DNA from: Octopus sinensis
Lineage: Eukaryota
Direction of reading: 5' to 3'
NCBI RefSeq assembly: GCF_006345805.1
Contig: NC_043007.1
Location: 26,846,001 to 26,910,000, forward strand
DNA length: 64,000 nucleotides
Shown here: piece after piece, positions 52,551 through 64,000 of the stretch
How positions within the stretch are numbered: the stretch's first letter is position 1
Layout of the letters: every line of letters begins with the position of its first letter
Translations under genes and position numbers: made by a program
Notes under the pieces: generated by a model
What the model was told of the DNA's origin: nothing
What the model saw: only the letters and a program-made list of their open reading frames with translations
The model's database searches: none

Positions 52551-52607
<57 letters not shown>

Positions 52608-52841
52608 ATATAATAATAATAATAATAATTGCCCCACGTAAAGGTACAGGACCTGAAATGTGAGGGGTGCGGTTTGTCGATTACATCGATTAACTATGGA
52701 CGCTAGTTTTTGACGGGCATTTAATTTTGTCGATCCCCAAAGTGTCTTTTTGGTCTGCTTCGGGCCGACCTAAGCCTTGTGAATGGATTTGGTAGACCGA
52801 AACTGAAACTATGGATTTGGTAGACCGAAACTATGAGCATA

Positions 52842-53510
52842 AGGCGGCGAGCTGGCAGAATCTTTTGTACGCCGGGCGAAATGCTTAGTGGTATTTCGTC
52901 TGCCGTTACGTTGAGAGTACAAATTCCGCCGAGGTCGACTTTGCCTTTCATCCTTTCGGGGTCGATCAATTAAGTACCAGTTACGCACTGGGGTCGATGT
53001 AATCGACTTAATTCCTTTATGTGTCCTTGTTTTCCCCTTCTATGTTTAGTCCCTTGTGGGCAATAAAGAAATAAGAAACGTTAGCACGCCGGGTGAAATG
53101 CGTAGCCGTATTTCGTTCAAATTCCGCCAAGGTCGACTTTGCTTTCATCCTTTCAGGGCCGATAAATTCAGTACCAGTTACGCACTGGGGTCGATGTAAT
53201 CGACTTAATCAGTTTATCTGACCTTGTTTGTCCTCTCTGTGTTTAGCCCCTTGTGGCTACCCACAAGGGGCTAAACACAGAAATAGGTATTTCGTCTGTC
53301 TTTACGTTCTGAGTTCAAATTTCGCCGAGGCCGACTTTGCTATTCATCCTTTCCGGGTCCATAAATTAAGTACCACTTGCGTACTGGAGACCCCCAAAGC
53401 ATCAAAGATAAAGTCGACCTCGGTGGAATTTGAACTTAGAACATAAAGACAGGCGAAATACCGCTAAGCAGTTCGTCCGGCGTGCTAACGTTTCAGCCAG
53501 CTCGCCGCTA
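52842..53510 (+). mobile_element. SINE family A cluster: tandem units plus inverted pieces
   Basis: Units at about 52842-53072, 53073-53258 and 53286-53390, a fold-back junction at about 53237-53282, and an inverted head at about 53408-53509. Confidence 0.88.
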
Positions 53511-53821
53511 TTTTGTTACACGCCTTTGCCATAATTATGTTGTCTTAAATTTACCTGTGGTACAAATGAAACAAGAAAATGAAAGAAAAAAATATTAATA
53601 AACTACCTGACTTAATTACATTCTCCCTTGATGAGTTTTCTGTGTTTATGTTGTGCTTCTCTTAGCTTATGCAAATTCAGCCCTCCATAACTGACACACC
53701 CGTCGAGTATCATAGTAATGTTGAGTTCTCTTCATCACCTTGCTTGTTGATCCGCTGCGAGGAGAAAATGAAACTTGCTCGGTGTGTGTGTGTGTGTGTC
53801 TGCATGCCAGAGAGATAGTGT

Positions 53822-53853
<32 letters not shown>

Positions 53854-54027
53854 TAGATGTGTTGTCTGACCTTCTTTTTTGTCATCGCCATTATTGCTGC
53901 CATTATTGTAACAGTTTTTTTTTTTTTTTTTTCAGTTTTGTTTCTGTTTGTACTTGCTTTGTGTTCTGTTGCAGCAACAAATGGCGACTAAATTTCCTTT
54001 TTTGCATGTCCATTCGGTATTCTCAAA

Positions 54028-54766
54028 GTAGTAGTAGTAGTGGTGGTGGTGGTGGTGGTTGTGGTGGTGGTGGTAGTGGTGGTGGTGGTGGTTGTGGTGG
54101 TGGTGGTAGTAGTGGTGGTGGTGGTGGTGGTTGTGGTGGTGGTGGTAGTGGTGGTGGTGGTGGTTGTGGTGGTGGTGGTGGTGATAGTGGTGGTAGTGGT
54201 GGTGGTTGTGGTGGTGGTGGTAGTGGTGGTGGTTGTGGTGGTAGTGGTGGTGGTGGTGGCAGTCGGTGCGTTGGCGTCAATGACTATTTTTATTGTTATG
54301 GATGTTACCATGACGCTGTTGCGTATTTCTTCTTTTTTCATAATTCTGACGCTCAGGTGCACCACAGTACCTATTCTTTGCATTATTTCTCTCCCACTCA
54401 CCTTCTTTCACCACCACCACCACTGCAACCATCACCAGTACCGTCACCGCTAAAACCCCGACCAACATCACTCACCTACCACCACCACCATCACCACCAC
54501 CACCACCACCACCACCACCACCACCACCAGCGCCACCACTATCGCCGCCAGAGTTATGACCACGACGACGACCACCACAATCACCACCACTATCCCCACC
54601 GCCGTCGCCATGACGCAGACGACGACCGCCTCCACCTCTATCACCACCACCGCCAGCACCGCCACCGCCGCCGCCACCGCCACCACCATCGCCGCTACCG
54701 TCACAACCACGACGGTGACCCCCACGATCACCATCACTATCCCCACCGTCGCCGCCGCCACGACGA

Positions 54767-54797
<31 letters not shown>

Positions 54798-54850
54798 AAC
54801 CACCACCACCACCACCACCACTTTCCCACCCCACCTCACCACCGCCTTCG
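54028..54850. repeat. (GGT)n array followed by (ACC/GAC/GCC)n array
   Basis: GGT-rich 54028-54260 and CAC-rich 54410-54850. Confidence 0.92.
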
Positions 54851-54999
54851 CGAACAATACAATACCGTTTATGTTATGCACCCACGATTTTATTTTAAGT
54901 GGTATAATGGTTTTCATAAAATAAAATTAAAAAACAAAAAAAAACATGAATAAATGGCAAACCATAAATGGCAGCAGCAGCAGACAAAAGAGACAATGA

Positions 55000-55330
55000 T
55001 CAAAACTAACAGCTTCTCTTTTAGGAGAGAAATATTCCAAAGAGAATTTGTCTGTGCAATCCTTTCTGCATCGCATTGACACCATTAACCGGTGTGCTTA
55101 ACCAGTCTGGATTCGGATGTAATGCTGTTGGAAGACAATTAAATATTCATTGTAAATGGAAATCCTCATGTCGAAGTCTGTGGGTGATAAGCAAGTGGAA
55201 ACACAGGAGACGTAGATTAGAATATTGCGCCAAAGCAGCGATAATAAAGCGAAAATTAATTAAGAACACTGAAAGTATATTGCAGAAAGAAGCAGTGATG
55301 AGGGATTTAGAGTATATGCACAATAGCAGA
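55000..55330 (+). mobile_element. Highly decayed R4/Dong-type RT fragment
   Basis: FRREIFQ../FCIALTPLTGVLNQSGFG and LEYCAKAAIIKRKLIK...VMRDLE resemble the R4-clade RT segments RGIFQGDSLSPLLFCIAL.PL..L...G.G and LDKCAK....GKL. Confidence 0.5.
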
Positions 55331-55984
55331 CATTTGGAATTAATGAAGCTGGCAGTATACGTTGTACGCAAAACGAAGGAAAAGTCTGGGATCGAATATT
55401 GTAGGTGCATTCGATGAGTGTTTAAAACTGGATGGATAGAAAAATGAGAGGCGATGCTGGAGTAATATGTTGTAGTTGATGTTCTCTAGAGGACGCTAGG
55501 TTTGGAGAATTAACACACACACAAGCAAACACACACAAACACGCACAAGCCAACGCATACACACACGGAAGCAAACACATACGAATACAAGCAAACACAT
55601 ACACACACGCACACACACAAGCAAACGCATACACACACGCACACACACAAGCAAACACATACACACACGCACACACACAAAGACACGGTGACACACAATT
55701 ATACTCACATACATACATGCATAAACACGCACGCACACATTTATCGGTTATCGTGAGATCGATAACCAATAAATACGTTTGGAAAAAGCCATCTAAAATA
55801 TAACAGAGTACGATTATGTTTAGCATGAATAGAGGTATAAAGGTACAAGTATGATTCTAGGGAACTGTATAAAATATTTGCTGCAGAAATACAAATGGAA
55901 AATATATAAAGGACAAGGGAAAACAGACTCGATTAGACGCAAAACACGCGCAAAGAAAGGGTTACTATTTTTAGGAAAGGAAAT

Positions 55985-56140
55985 AGACGCAGGAGTGGCT
56001 GTGTGGCAAGTAGCTTGCTTACCAACTACATGGTTCCGGGCTAAGTCCCACTGCGTGGAACCTTGGGAAAGTGTCTTCTACTATAGCGTCGGGTCGACGA
56101 AAGTCTTGTGAGTGGATTTTGGTGGACGGAAACTGAAAAC
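55985..56140 (+). mobile_element. SINE family B, 5' part
   Basis: GCAGGAGTGGCTGTGTGG...CCTTGGGAAAGTGTCTTCT...GACGGAAACTGAAA. Confidence 0.82.
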
Positions 56141-56159
56141 AGGAACTTTAGTAGTAGGC

Positions 56160-56222
<63 letters not shown>

Positions 56223-56653
56223 TGAAACGGGTAAAAGAACAAAAGAATATATAAAACGTTAGATAGAAAAGTCTTCCCTGCCGAACATGTATGTCGCTTT
56301 GAAAAGCAGACAGGAAAGCGGATGATTCCAGCAATGATAGATTACCGACAGTACACTTGAGCTTTATGGAGCTTTGAAGATGTTAGAGACGATTAAATGA
56401 ATTAATTGGATTTGCGAAGCAATTAATTGAAACTTGAAAGTTCTATGACTTTCTGCTTCAGTTACAGCATCTCATATTTTCTTCTGCAATTGTTCTGTCC
56501 TCCTCCACATGATTTGCGGTTCGGATTTGGTTGACAACGTAAAACCCATCGATCATCCGAGGCTTGTCTAGTGTATATGTGTGCAGTCGCGTGGACGTGT
56601 ATTGGTGTGAATGCTTATAGATATTATAATCCAAATAATAATAATAATAATAA

Positions 56654-56866
56654 TCAGACAAATGCATAACAAAAATACCAGGACTAACAAATATACATAT
56701 ATATCACAGAGAAAATAGCACTGCTCGGCACCGCACACATCCTACGTAATACACTTTTAACACAGTGAAAATAAGAGCATAACAACAAACTGCAGCACAT
56801 ACCCAAGACACACGGAGCTGCATTCGGTAGTGCAGTGAAAGCACGTCATAAGATTAAGACAACTGA
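56654..56866 (+). mobile_element. R4/Dong-type non-LTR element, short 3' end in (TAA)n
   Basis: SDKCITKIPGLTN...KIALLGTAHILR; 3' UTR similar to the 59964 copy; (TAA)n on both sides. Confidence 0.75.
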
Positions 56867-56905
56867 ATAATAATAATAATAATAATAAAAGTAATAATAA
56901 TAATA

Positions 56906-56942
<37 letters not shown>

Positions 56943-56964
56943 TAATAATAATAACAATAATGAT

Positions 56965-57002
<38 letters not shown>

Positions 57003-57163
57003 TAATAATAGTAATAATAATAATAATAGTAATAATAATAATAATAATAATGATGATAATAATGATAATAATAGTAATAATGATAATAATAGTAATAATA
57101 ATAATAATAATAATAGTAATAATAATAATAATAGTAATAATAATAATAATAATAATGATGATA

Positions 57164-57194
<31 letters not shown>

Positions 57195-57359
57195 TTATAA
57201 TAATAATGATAGTAATAGTAATAATAATAATAATAATGATAATAATAATGATAATAATAATAATAATAGTAATAATAATAATGATAATAATAGTAATAAT
57301 AATACTAATAATAATAATAATAGTAATAATAATAATAATAGTAATAATAATAATAATAA

Positions 57360-57408
<49 letters not shown>

Positions 57409-57431
57409 TAATAATAGTAATAATAATAATA

Positions 57432-57467
<36 letters not shown>

Positions 57468-57564
57468 TTAATGATAATAATAATAGTAATAATAGTAATA
57501 ATAATAATAATAATAGTAATAATAATAATAATAATGATAATAATAGTAATAATAATAATGATAA
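56867..57564. repeat. Long imperfect (TAA)n array
   Basis: Read directly from the sequence. Confidence 0.97.
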
Positions 57565-58167
57565 TACAATATCAAAACTGCTGACAAGTGGTATAATCAC
57601 CACCCTGAGGCTGTAACTGAAGGAGAAAATGTAAACATTCTGTGGGACTTTCCAGTACATACAGACCGAACCATCAAGGCCAATAAACCAGATATTGTTG
57701 TGAAAGACCAAAACAATAAAGTTTGCTTATTGATCGACATGAGCATCCCCTGTGATCATAATATCTCAGCGAAGAGTTTGACAAGCTCAGAAAATATAAG
57801 ACCTACTCATTGAAATTGAGAAAATGTGGCATCTCAAGGCGGTTACAATACCAGTGATCGTAGGAGCACTAGGAATGATCAAGAAGGGAACCAAAAATTA
57901 TATGAGAATGATCCCTGGCTTACCATCCCTGCAAGAAGTGCAAAAAATTGTCTTAACTGGTACATCACACGTATTGAGAAGAGCATTGTCGATGTGAGAA
58001 CTGTTGCTGCTCATGCATTTTAAGTTAGCTTAAAAAAAAAACAACAAATTAACGAACTACTGAGTTTGGTTTAATGGCCTACCAATGTATACTATGAGTT
58101 TCTTTGCCCTAGGAGTCGGGAAGACACTCGGCAAGAAATGGAAGCAAATTTAAAGAAGAAAAAAAAG
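57565..58167 (+). mobile_element. R4/Dong-type non-LTR element, restriction-like endonuclease domain and 3' UTR
   Basis: ILWDFPVHTDRTIKANKPDIVVKD...CLLIDMSIP..., then after frameshifts DLLIEIEKMWHLK..TIPVIVGALG...QKIVLTGTSHVLRRAL. Stop at 57995-57997; flanked by (TAA)n. Confidence 0.9.
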
Positions 58168-58249
58168 TATAATAATGATAATAATGTATAATATAATAAT
58201 AATAATATAATAATAAAATAATAATATAATAAAAATAGTAATAATAATA

Positions 58250-58282
<33 letters not shown>

Positions 58283-58331
58283 TTGATAATAATAGTAATA
58301 ATAATAATAATAATATAATAATATAATAATG

Positions 58332-58364
<33 letters not shown>

Positions 58365-58394
58365 TATAATAATGATAATAATAGTAATAATAAT

Positions 58395-58427
<33 letters not shown>

Positions 58428-58611
58428 TATAATTGATAATAATAGTAATAATAATATAATAATAATAATAATGATAATGATCATAATATAATAATAATAA
58501 TAATATGATAATAATAGTCATAATAATAATAATAATAGTAATAATGATAATAATAATAATAATAAGAATAAAATAATGATAATAATAGTAATAATAATAC
58601 TAATAATAATA

Positions 58612-58648
<37 letters not shown>

Positions 58649-58683
58649 TAATAATAATAGTAATAATAATAATAATAGTAGTA

Positions 58684-58743
<60 letters not shown>

Positions 58744-58760
58744 TAATAATAATAAAAATA
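58168..58760. repeat. Long imperfect (TAA)n array
   Basis: Read directly from the sequence. Confidence 0.95.
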
Positions 58761-58767
58761 AAAATTA

Positions 58768-58930
58768 CAAGGACAAACAAACGGATTAAGTCGATTATAT
58801 CGATATCAGTGGGTAACTGGTATTTATTTAATCGACCCCGAAAGGATGAAAGGCAAAGTCGACCTCGGCAGACGATATACCACTAAGCATTTCGCCCGGC
58901 GTGCTAACGATTCTACCCGCTCACCGCCTT
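58768..58930 (-). mobile_element. SINE family A, internally deleted (further diverged pieces at about 59100-59220 and 59700-59835)
   Basis: CGACCCCGAAAGGATGAAAGGCAAAGTCGACCTCGGC...CGCCCGGCGTGCTAAC. Confidence 0.82.
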
Positions 58931-58932
58931 TA

Positions 58933-59010
<78 letters not shown>

Positions 59011-59890
59011 GGAGAAGAAGAAGAAGAAGAAGAAGAAGAAGAGAAGAAGAAGAAGAAGAAGAAGCAGAAGAAGAAAAAGAAGACAAACAACAATAATACA
59101 TGGTTTCAAATTTTGCAACAAGGGCAGCAATTTTGTGGTAGGCAATGAATCGATTACATCGATCCCAGTGTTCAACGGGTACTTCTTTTATCGACCCTGA
59201 GAGGATGAAAGGCAAAATAATGGCAAATGATTGACGTAAATCTTCAGGAAGGTAAATTGATAAGAAGGGCGCGATGCGATTGGCAATAGATTGTTTATTT
59301 AACGGTTTGAATCGATATTTCGAATGCTTTAAAAGGTACAGCTCACGTGACAGTAGTAGATTAAGTTTATACACATTTGAAACAATTGCAGAGATAGAGA
59401 GAGAGAGAGGGGGAGAGAGAGATAGAGGGGAGGGGACAACGAATGTAGATTTCATATATTTCTATCTGTTAATATGAATGTTTGGCTTCAGTTCCTTTAT
59501 CTGAATACCTCAAAGAGTGACAGATATCGCGGAAAATATTTTTAAATGCTCTTGTTTTAGGACGTAAATGGTAAACCTATGTACAGATTAAATCAATATT
59601 CAACTAAAACAAACATGACGAAATTCTCCTCCATTTTTACCTTTCGTGTATAATATACACACGGATATTCGTATATAAACATTAAGCCACGATGTCTGCG
59701 TATTTGTTTATCAACGCCGAAAGGATGAAAGGCAAAGTCGGCCCCAGCAGAAATTGAAATCACAACATAGCGACGGACGAAATGTCACAAAGCATTTTGC
59801 CCCGCGTGCTAACGACTCTGCCAGCTCGCCGCCTTATTATTAATAATAATAATAATTAAAAATAAATAAATAAAAATAAAAATAATAATA

Positions 59891-59961
<71 letters not shown>

Positions 59962-59963
59962 TT

Positions 59964-60282
59964 GAAACTTTTAAAATACAAAGACCTGGAAATTGAGGTA
60001 ACTAGAATGTGGAATCTAAAACAGAAACAATTCCTATCATAGTAGGTGCATTAGGCATGATAAAAAAATATTCAGACAAATACATAACAAATCATCACCA
60101 GGACTTACAACACATATAACATACAGAAAATTGCAACTACTGGCACTGCACACATCCGACGCAAAACACTTTCAATACAGTAACATCAGAGCATCACAAC
60201 AAAGGATCACAGCACATACCCGGCACACAGAGCCGCGCTCGGTTGAAGTAAAGCACGCTATAAAAAATAAAATAAACTACTG
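59964..60282 (+). mobile_element. R4/Dong-type non-LTR element, 3' end in (TAA)n
   Basis: KLLKYKDLEIEVTRMWNLK/ETIPIIVGALGMIKKYSDKYIT...GTAHI.RKTLSIQ*; (TAA)n on both sides. Confidence 0.87.
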
Positions 60283-60327
60283 ATAATAATAATAATAATA
60301 ATAATAATATAATAATAATAATAATCA

Positions 60328-63300
60328 ATTCTTTTTATTGGCCACAAGGGCTAACACGCATGATTACATAAGGGACAAGACAGGACGAAAGGTTACAAAG
60401 GGTTTTGTCCGTTTGTTAAAATCCGTGTAAAAAATTTTAAAGCAATGATTATTAAAACAATGAAAAACTCCCAAAAGGGGGAGACGTCTCGAAATGTTCC
60501 CGGTGGAAAAAACCCTACAAAGCCAACGGAGCCTGGTCAAAAAAAGGGGTGTAGAGAGTCCCCTTTCTTTCTTCTCCTTTTACATTACCTTTTTCTTTGA
60601 AATCACAGGCGAAACCTGAGAACTGGTCCATTTATACAGGCCAGTCTCGCACAATTCACCCACCTTTCATAAAACTTGCTATCGGACAGCACTTTCCTCT
60701 CTAACCTCATCTTCCTTTTCAAGTGAAACTTGAAAAGTTGATGAGGCCTTGACCAAGAGGAAAGTGTCTGACTTTAGCCCTTTCAAACGAGTCCACCACA
60801 CGACTTCTTTCGCCACAGCCACAAGGCACAAGAAAACGGCCTCGCCCTCCTTGTTAAAGGAGGTCGGCGGGGCAATCTTCACTATGGATTCGGCCGATAG
60901 TCGGATCCGTCCTACACGTGACAGTAGCTGTTCGACATAAACCCATATTTCAGCAATACTCGGGCACTGGACGAGTGCGTGCAGAACGGTTTCGTCGTCC
61001 TGGCAACACCTCGGGCAGGCCCGGCTGACGGCACTTCCGTGCCGGTAGAGTTTATCTCGAACAGGCAGAGCCCCTCGGTAGCACTGCCAGGCGAGAGACT
61101 TCTGGAAATTATCCATCGGCCCCGGCCCGAAAGTCCTCCCGAACAGACCGCTCAGTTCGTCGTCTTCAACGCCTAGAGTTTCCCCGAGAACGTCGTCGCA
61201 TTTTTCCTCCACTAACCCTCTATAGAACGCTAGAGTGGAGCTGTAACCGACCGCATTGCCCGCCTGGCGGAGGGCGGAGAGGGCTTGACGGCACTCGAGG
61301 TGCCAAGCGCCCTTTCTCGGTCTACGTTTGATCCAGGTCTGCAGCTCCGTCAAAGAGACGAGCTGCGGAAAATCGCGTCTGACAAAAGACGACCACACCT
61401 GTTCACCGTCTAGGAAGCGCTTGAGATGCCGCAGCCTGAGCGCATGTCTGCGCAACAGCAACCACGGCATTCCAAGGCCTCCGTTCAGCGGTCGTTGAGC
61501 AGATGGATCGCCGCCTGACCAGTGGCACCTGACCCTTCCACAAAAGTCGAAGAGCAGGCGTACCAGCTTGGCCAACCAGCGGTCGGGACAAGGGACGACG
61601 GTCAAGCGGTAATAGATGACGGATGCGATGTACGCATTCGCCACCTCCGCTCGACCTTTCAGGGACAGCTTCCTCTCGGCCCATTTCTGGGTGAGACGTG
61701 CCACCCTGCTCGTCACCTCTTCCCAGTTCTTATCCACCTGGAGGTCCGGACCGAACCAGACCCCGAGCAGTTTAACGGGTCCGTCTGTCCAGCGCCCTAC
61801 GACGCTGTTGGACGGCATGGGCTTGCCTCTCCAGGTGCCCAGTTGCAAGCCCACAGACTTTTCCGCGTTAATCTTTGCCCCTGTCACCGCTTCGTACTGG
61901 TTTAGCGTCTCGCCAATCAGGCCAATGTGCCTGTGGCTCGACACCACCACGGTGACGTCGTCGGCATAAGCAGACACGCTGTTTCCCGCCTCCTAGATCG
62001 CGCGGGATGCCCCTCAAAGCCTCCAACTTGCGCAGTAATGGCTCGAGAGTCAAAATGTACAAGAGGGAGGAGAGAGGGCATCCTTGGCGGACCGAACGCG
62101 AGATGTCGAACGGTTCCGAAGGTGACCGTTCACCCGTATCACCGAGCAGATGTTGCTGTATAAAGCAGCGATCCACCCGCGGAAGACTGGACCGAAGCCG
62201 GCTGCCTTGAGGACAGCTGCCAGGTACCGATGGTCGACCCTATCGAAGGCTTTACTCTGATCCAAGTTGATCAAAGCCCCACCCGCGCCAGCGTCGTTAC
62301 CCACCCTCTCTATGATGTAGCGCATGAGATGGAGGTTGTCGTGTATCGACCTGGTCGGCACGGCGCATGTCTGCGTCCCGCCGACCAGCTTGTCCACGAC
62401 AAGCGCCAATCTCTTGGCTAGCACCTTGGCCAAAATCTTCAACTCTGCATTGAGCAGAGTGATGGGCCGAAAATTCCCTATAACGTCCCCCTTGTTTGGG
62501 TCCTTCTTTAGCAAAGCCACCACCCCTCGACAGACAAAAGCAGGAATTCTCCCGTTTTGCTGCCAGTTGCAGTAGACGTTTGCCAACAGGTCCGCAAACA
62601 AGTCTGGCATTGAAAAGTAAAGCTCGTAGGGCAGACCATCCAAACCCGGCGATCTACCTCTCGTGCAACTCTTCATCGCTTCCTGTACTTCCCAGGCAGA
62701 TATCGGTCCTTCGCAGCACTCTGCCTCGCTGTCCGAGAGTTGCGGCAGTCCGTCCAGGTACACACCGAAGTCTGTACCGTTGGTGTCCGTTCCACCGCTC
62801 GTCCCAAACAGTTGAGCAAAGTGCCGCTGAAGCACCGTACACATCTGCTTCGGTTGGGTAACCTCGCGCCCGTTCTGGTCCACCAAAGACCGAATGGTTG
62901 CTCTCTGTTGCCTCGCTTCGCCTCCGCCACGCGGGCCCATCGAGCGGCTCTAGTCCCCTCCCCGCTTAGCGAACGTGCCTTAGCTCTGACAACGCAGCCT
63001 TCGTGTTTGGCGTCGAAGTGTTGGTCGAGGGCCAACCTTGCCGCCAACACGTCGGTCGCGATGCCAGTGTCAAGAGCCTCGTCTAGTTTCTTAACTAAAT
63101 CCCGCTCTCTCTTCCTACGTTCAATAGCTAGAGTCTTACTATACCTAATCGACTCTACTCTAATTGCTCTCTTGAGGGCAAACCACCAGTTGTTGTTGAT
63201 GATTGCCCCCGTGAGCGCCCGCTTAACTAGTAAACTAATCCGGTCTCTGTAAGCTTTGCACGCCGTTAACGACGCGTTCAGCTTCCAGTAGCCGGGTCCC

Positions 63301-64000
63301 TGTCTATGTAGCCTATCTAAGTCGACCGTACAGATCACTAATTTGTGGTCCGTATATTCGACTAGGTGGAATTGTGGACACCCTACGCTGTCCTTATCCG
63401 CTGGCCTACAAAACACTCTATCTAAGTACGATCTAGACGACCCGATGCGGTTTGTCCAAGTCCACATTGGCACATTCGGGTTGTCTAGTCGAAACCTGTC
63501 GGACAGCTGAAAGCGGCCGAGTAGGTTGGCGAGGCTCTTGCACCCTCCCCCTCTCCTCCTCATCAGACGCTCCCCTGCCCACCCGATCGAAACGTTCGTC
63601 TAAGACAGCGTTCCAATCCCCAACTAGTACTAGAGTGCGTGACGTTCCCAGGAAAACTTCCAGACGTTTGAAATAATCCGACTGCCCTGCTCCTGTCGGA
63701 GCGTAGGCAGCCAGCAGTCTGAAAGCACCGCCGTCACTACCGTCGACGTCGAGGACCACCAACTTACCTTCCGGATCCAAGAAGACTGTCCTTATTTTCA
63801 GGTCCAGGCCCTTCCGAAACAACACCGCAGTACCACCACCGCCCGCTCCCGGCCGACACGGAGATAGAAATATCTCGTATCCGCCGAAAAGGGCTGCGAG
63901 TTCCTGCGGGTCGGAGAGCCTGGTTTCACTGATGGCTGCTACATCCACATCATGAAACCTCAGGTCGTTTAACAGGTGACCCTGTTTCCAAGGTGACCCG
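60328..64000 (-). mobile_element. L1-clade (Tx1-like) LINE, 5' end beyond the window
   Basis: APE endonuclease, RT and C-terminal zinc knuckle in order, then a 3' UTR ending GGCCAATAAAAAGAA next to (TTA)n. Confidence 0.95.
60679..64000 (-). pseudogene. Frameshifted ORF2 (APE endonuclease, reverse transcriptase, zf-RVT) of the Tx1-like LINE
   Basis: VAAISETR, LVGDWN, SYLDRVF, TDHK, GPGYWKLN, SPGLDGLP, RPITLLN, LDQSKAFDRV, VRQGCPLS, AYADD, CPRC...ETVLHALVQC, spread over at least five reading-frame segments. Confidence 0.95.

Noticed and set aside
53775-54953. 392-aa Gly/His-rich ORF
   Set aside because: It is a translation of (TG)n, (GGT)n and (CAC)n repeats that are open in several frames on both strands; nothing supports a real gene.
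56854-57711. Long poly-Ile/Leu/Asn ORFs, also at 15775-16474 and 58092-58780
   Set aside because: Artefacts of (TAA)n arrays.
61403-63676. Antisense and alternative-frame ORFs inside the Tx1-like LINE
   Set aside because: Expected shadows of a GC-rich coding strand; parts of the minus-strand ones are simply displaced ORF2 segments.

Overview
This is AT-rich eukaryotic non-coding DNA saturated with microsatellites, with a 100-N scaffold gap at 33105-33204. The repeat families resemble my recollection of octopus (coleoid cephalopod) genomes, but that assignment is inference. I cannot confidently identify a host protein-coding gene; there are only a few weak exon candidates, and nearly all ORFs in the supplied track are microsatellite translations. 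The window is essentially a retroelement community. It holds four tRNA-derived SINE families (my labels A-D) and a frameshifted, GC-rich L1/Tx1-clade LINE running off the right edge. It also holds two CR1/L2-group LINE 3' fragments, three R4/Dong-type 3' ends inside (TAA)n arrays, and RTE, Penelope (GIY-YIG) and Tc1/mariner fossils. Several non-coding elements resemble Penelope pseudo-LTRs. The most notable observations are: (1) an inverted pair of minimal hammerhead ribozymes at about 48.2-48.4 kb; (2) two apparent SINE/LINE partnerships readable from shared 3' stem-loops (SINE-A with Tx1, SINE-B with the CR1-like LINE); (3) SINE-A multimers with a fixed self-complementary junction, one inside a single target-site duplication; (4) a TIR-bounded cassette carrying a copy of its neighbour; (5) several long inverted repeats able to form dsRNA. 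All alignments and folds were done by eye, and element boundaries are approximate.
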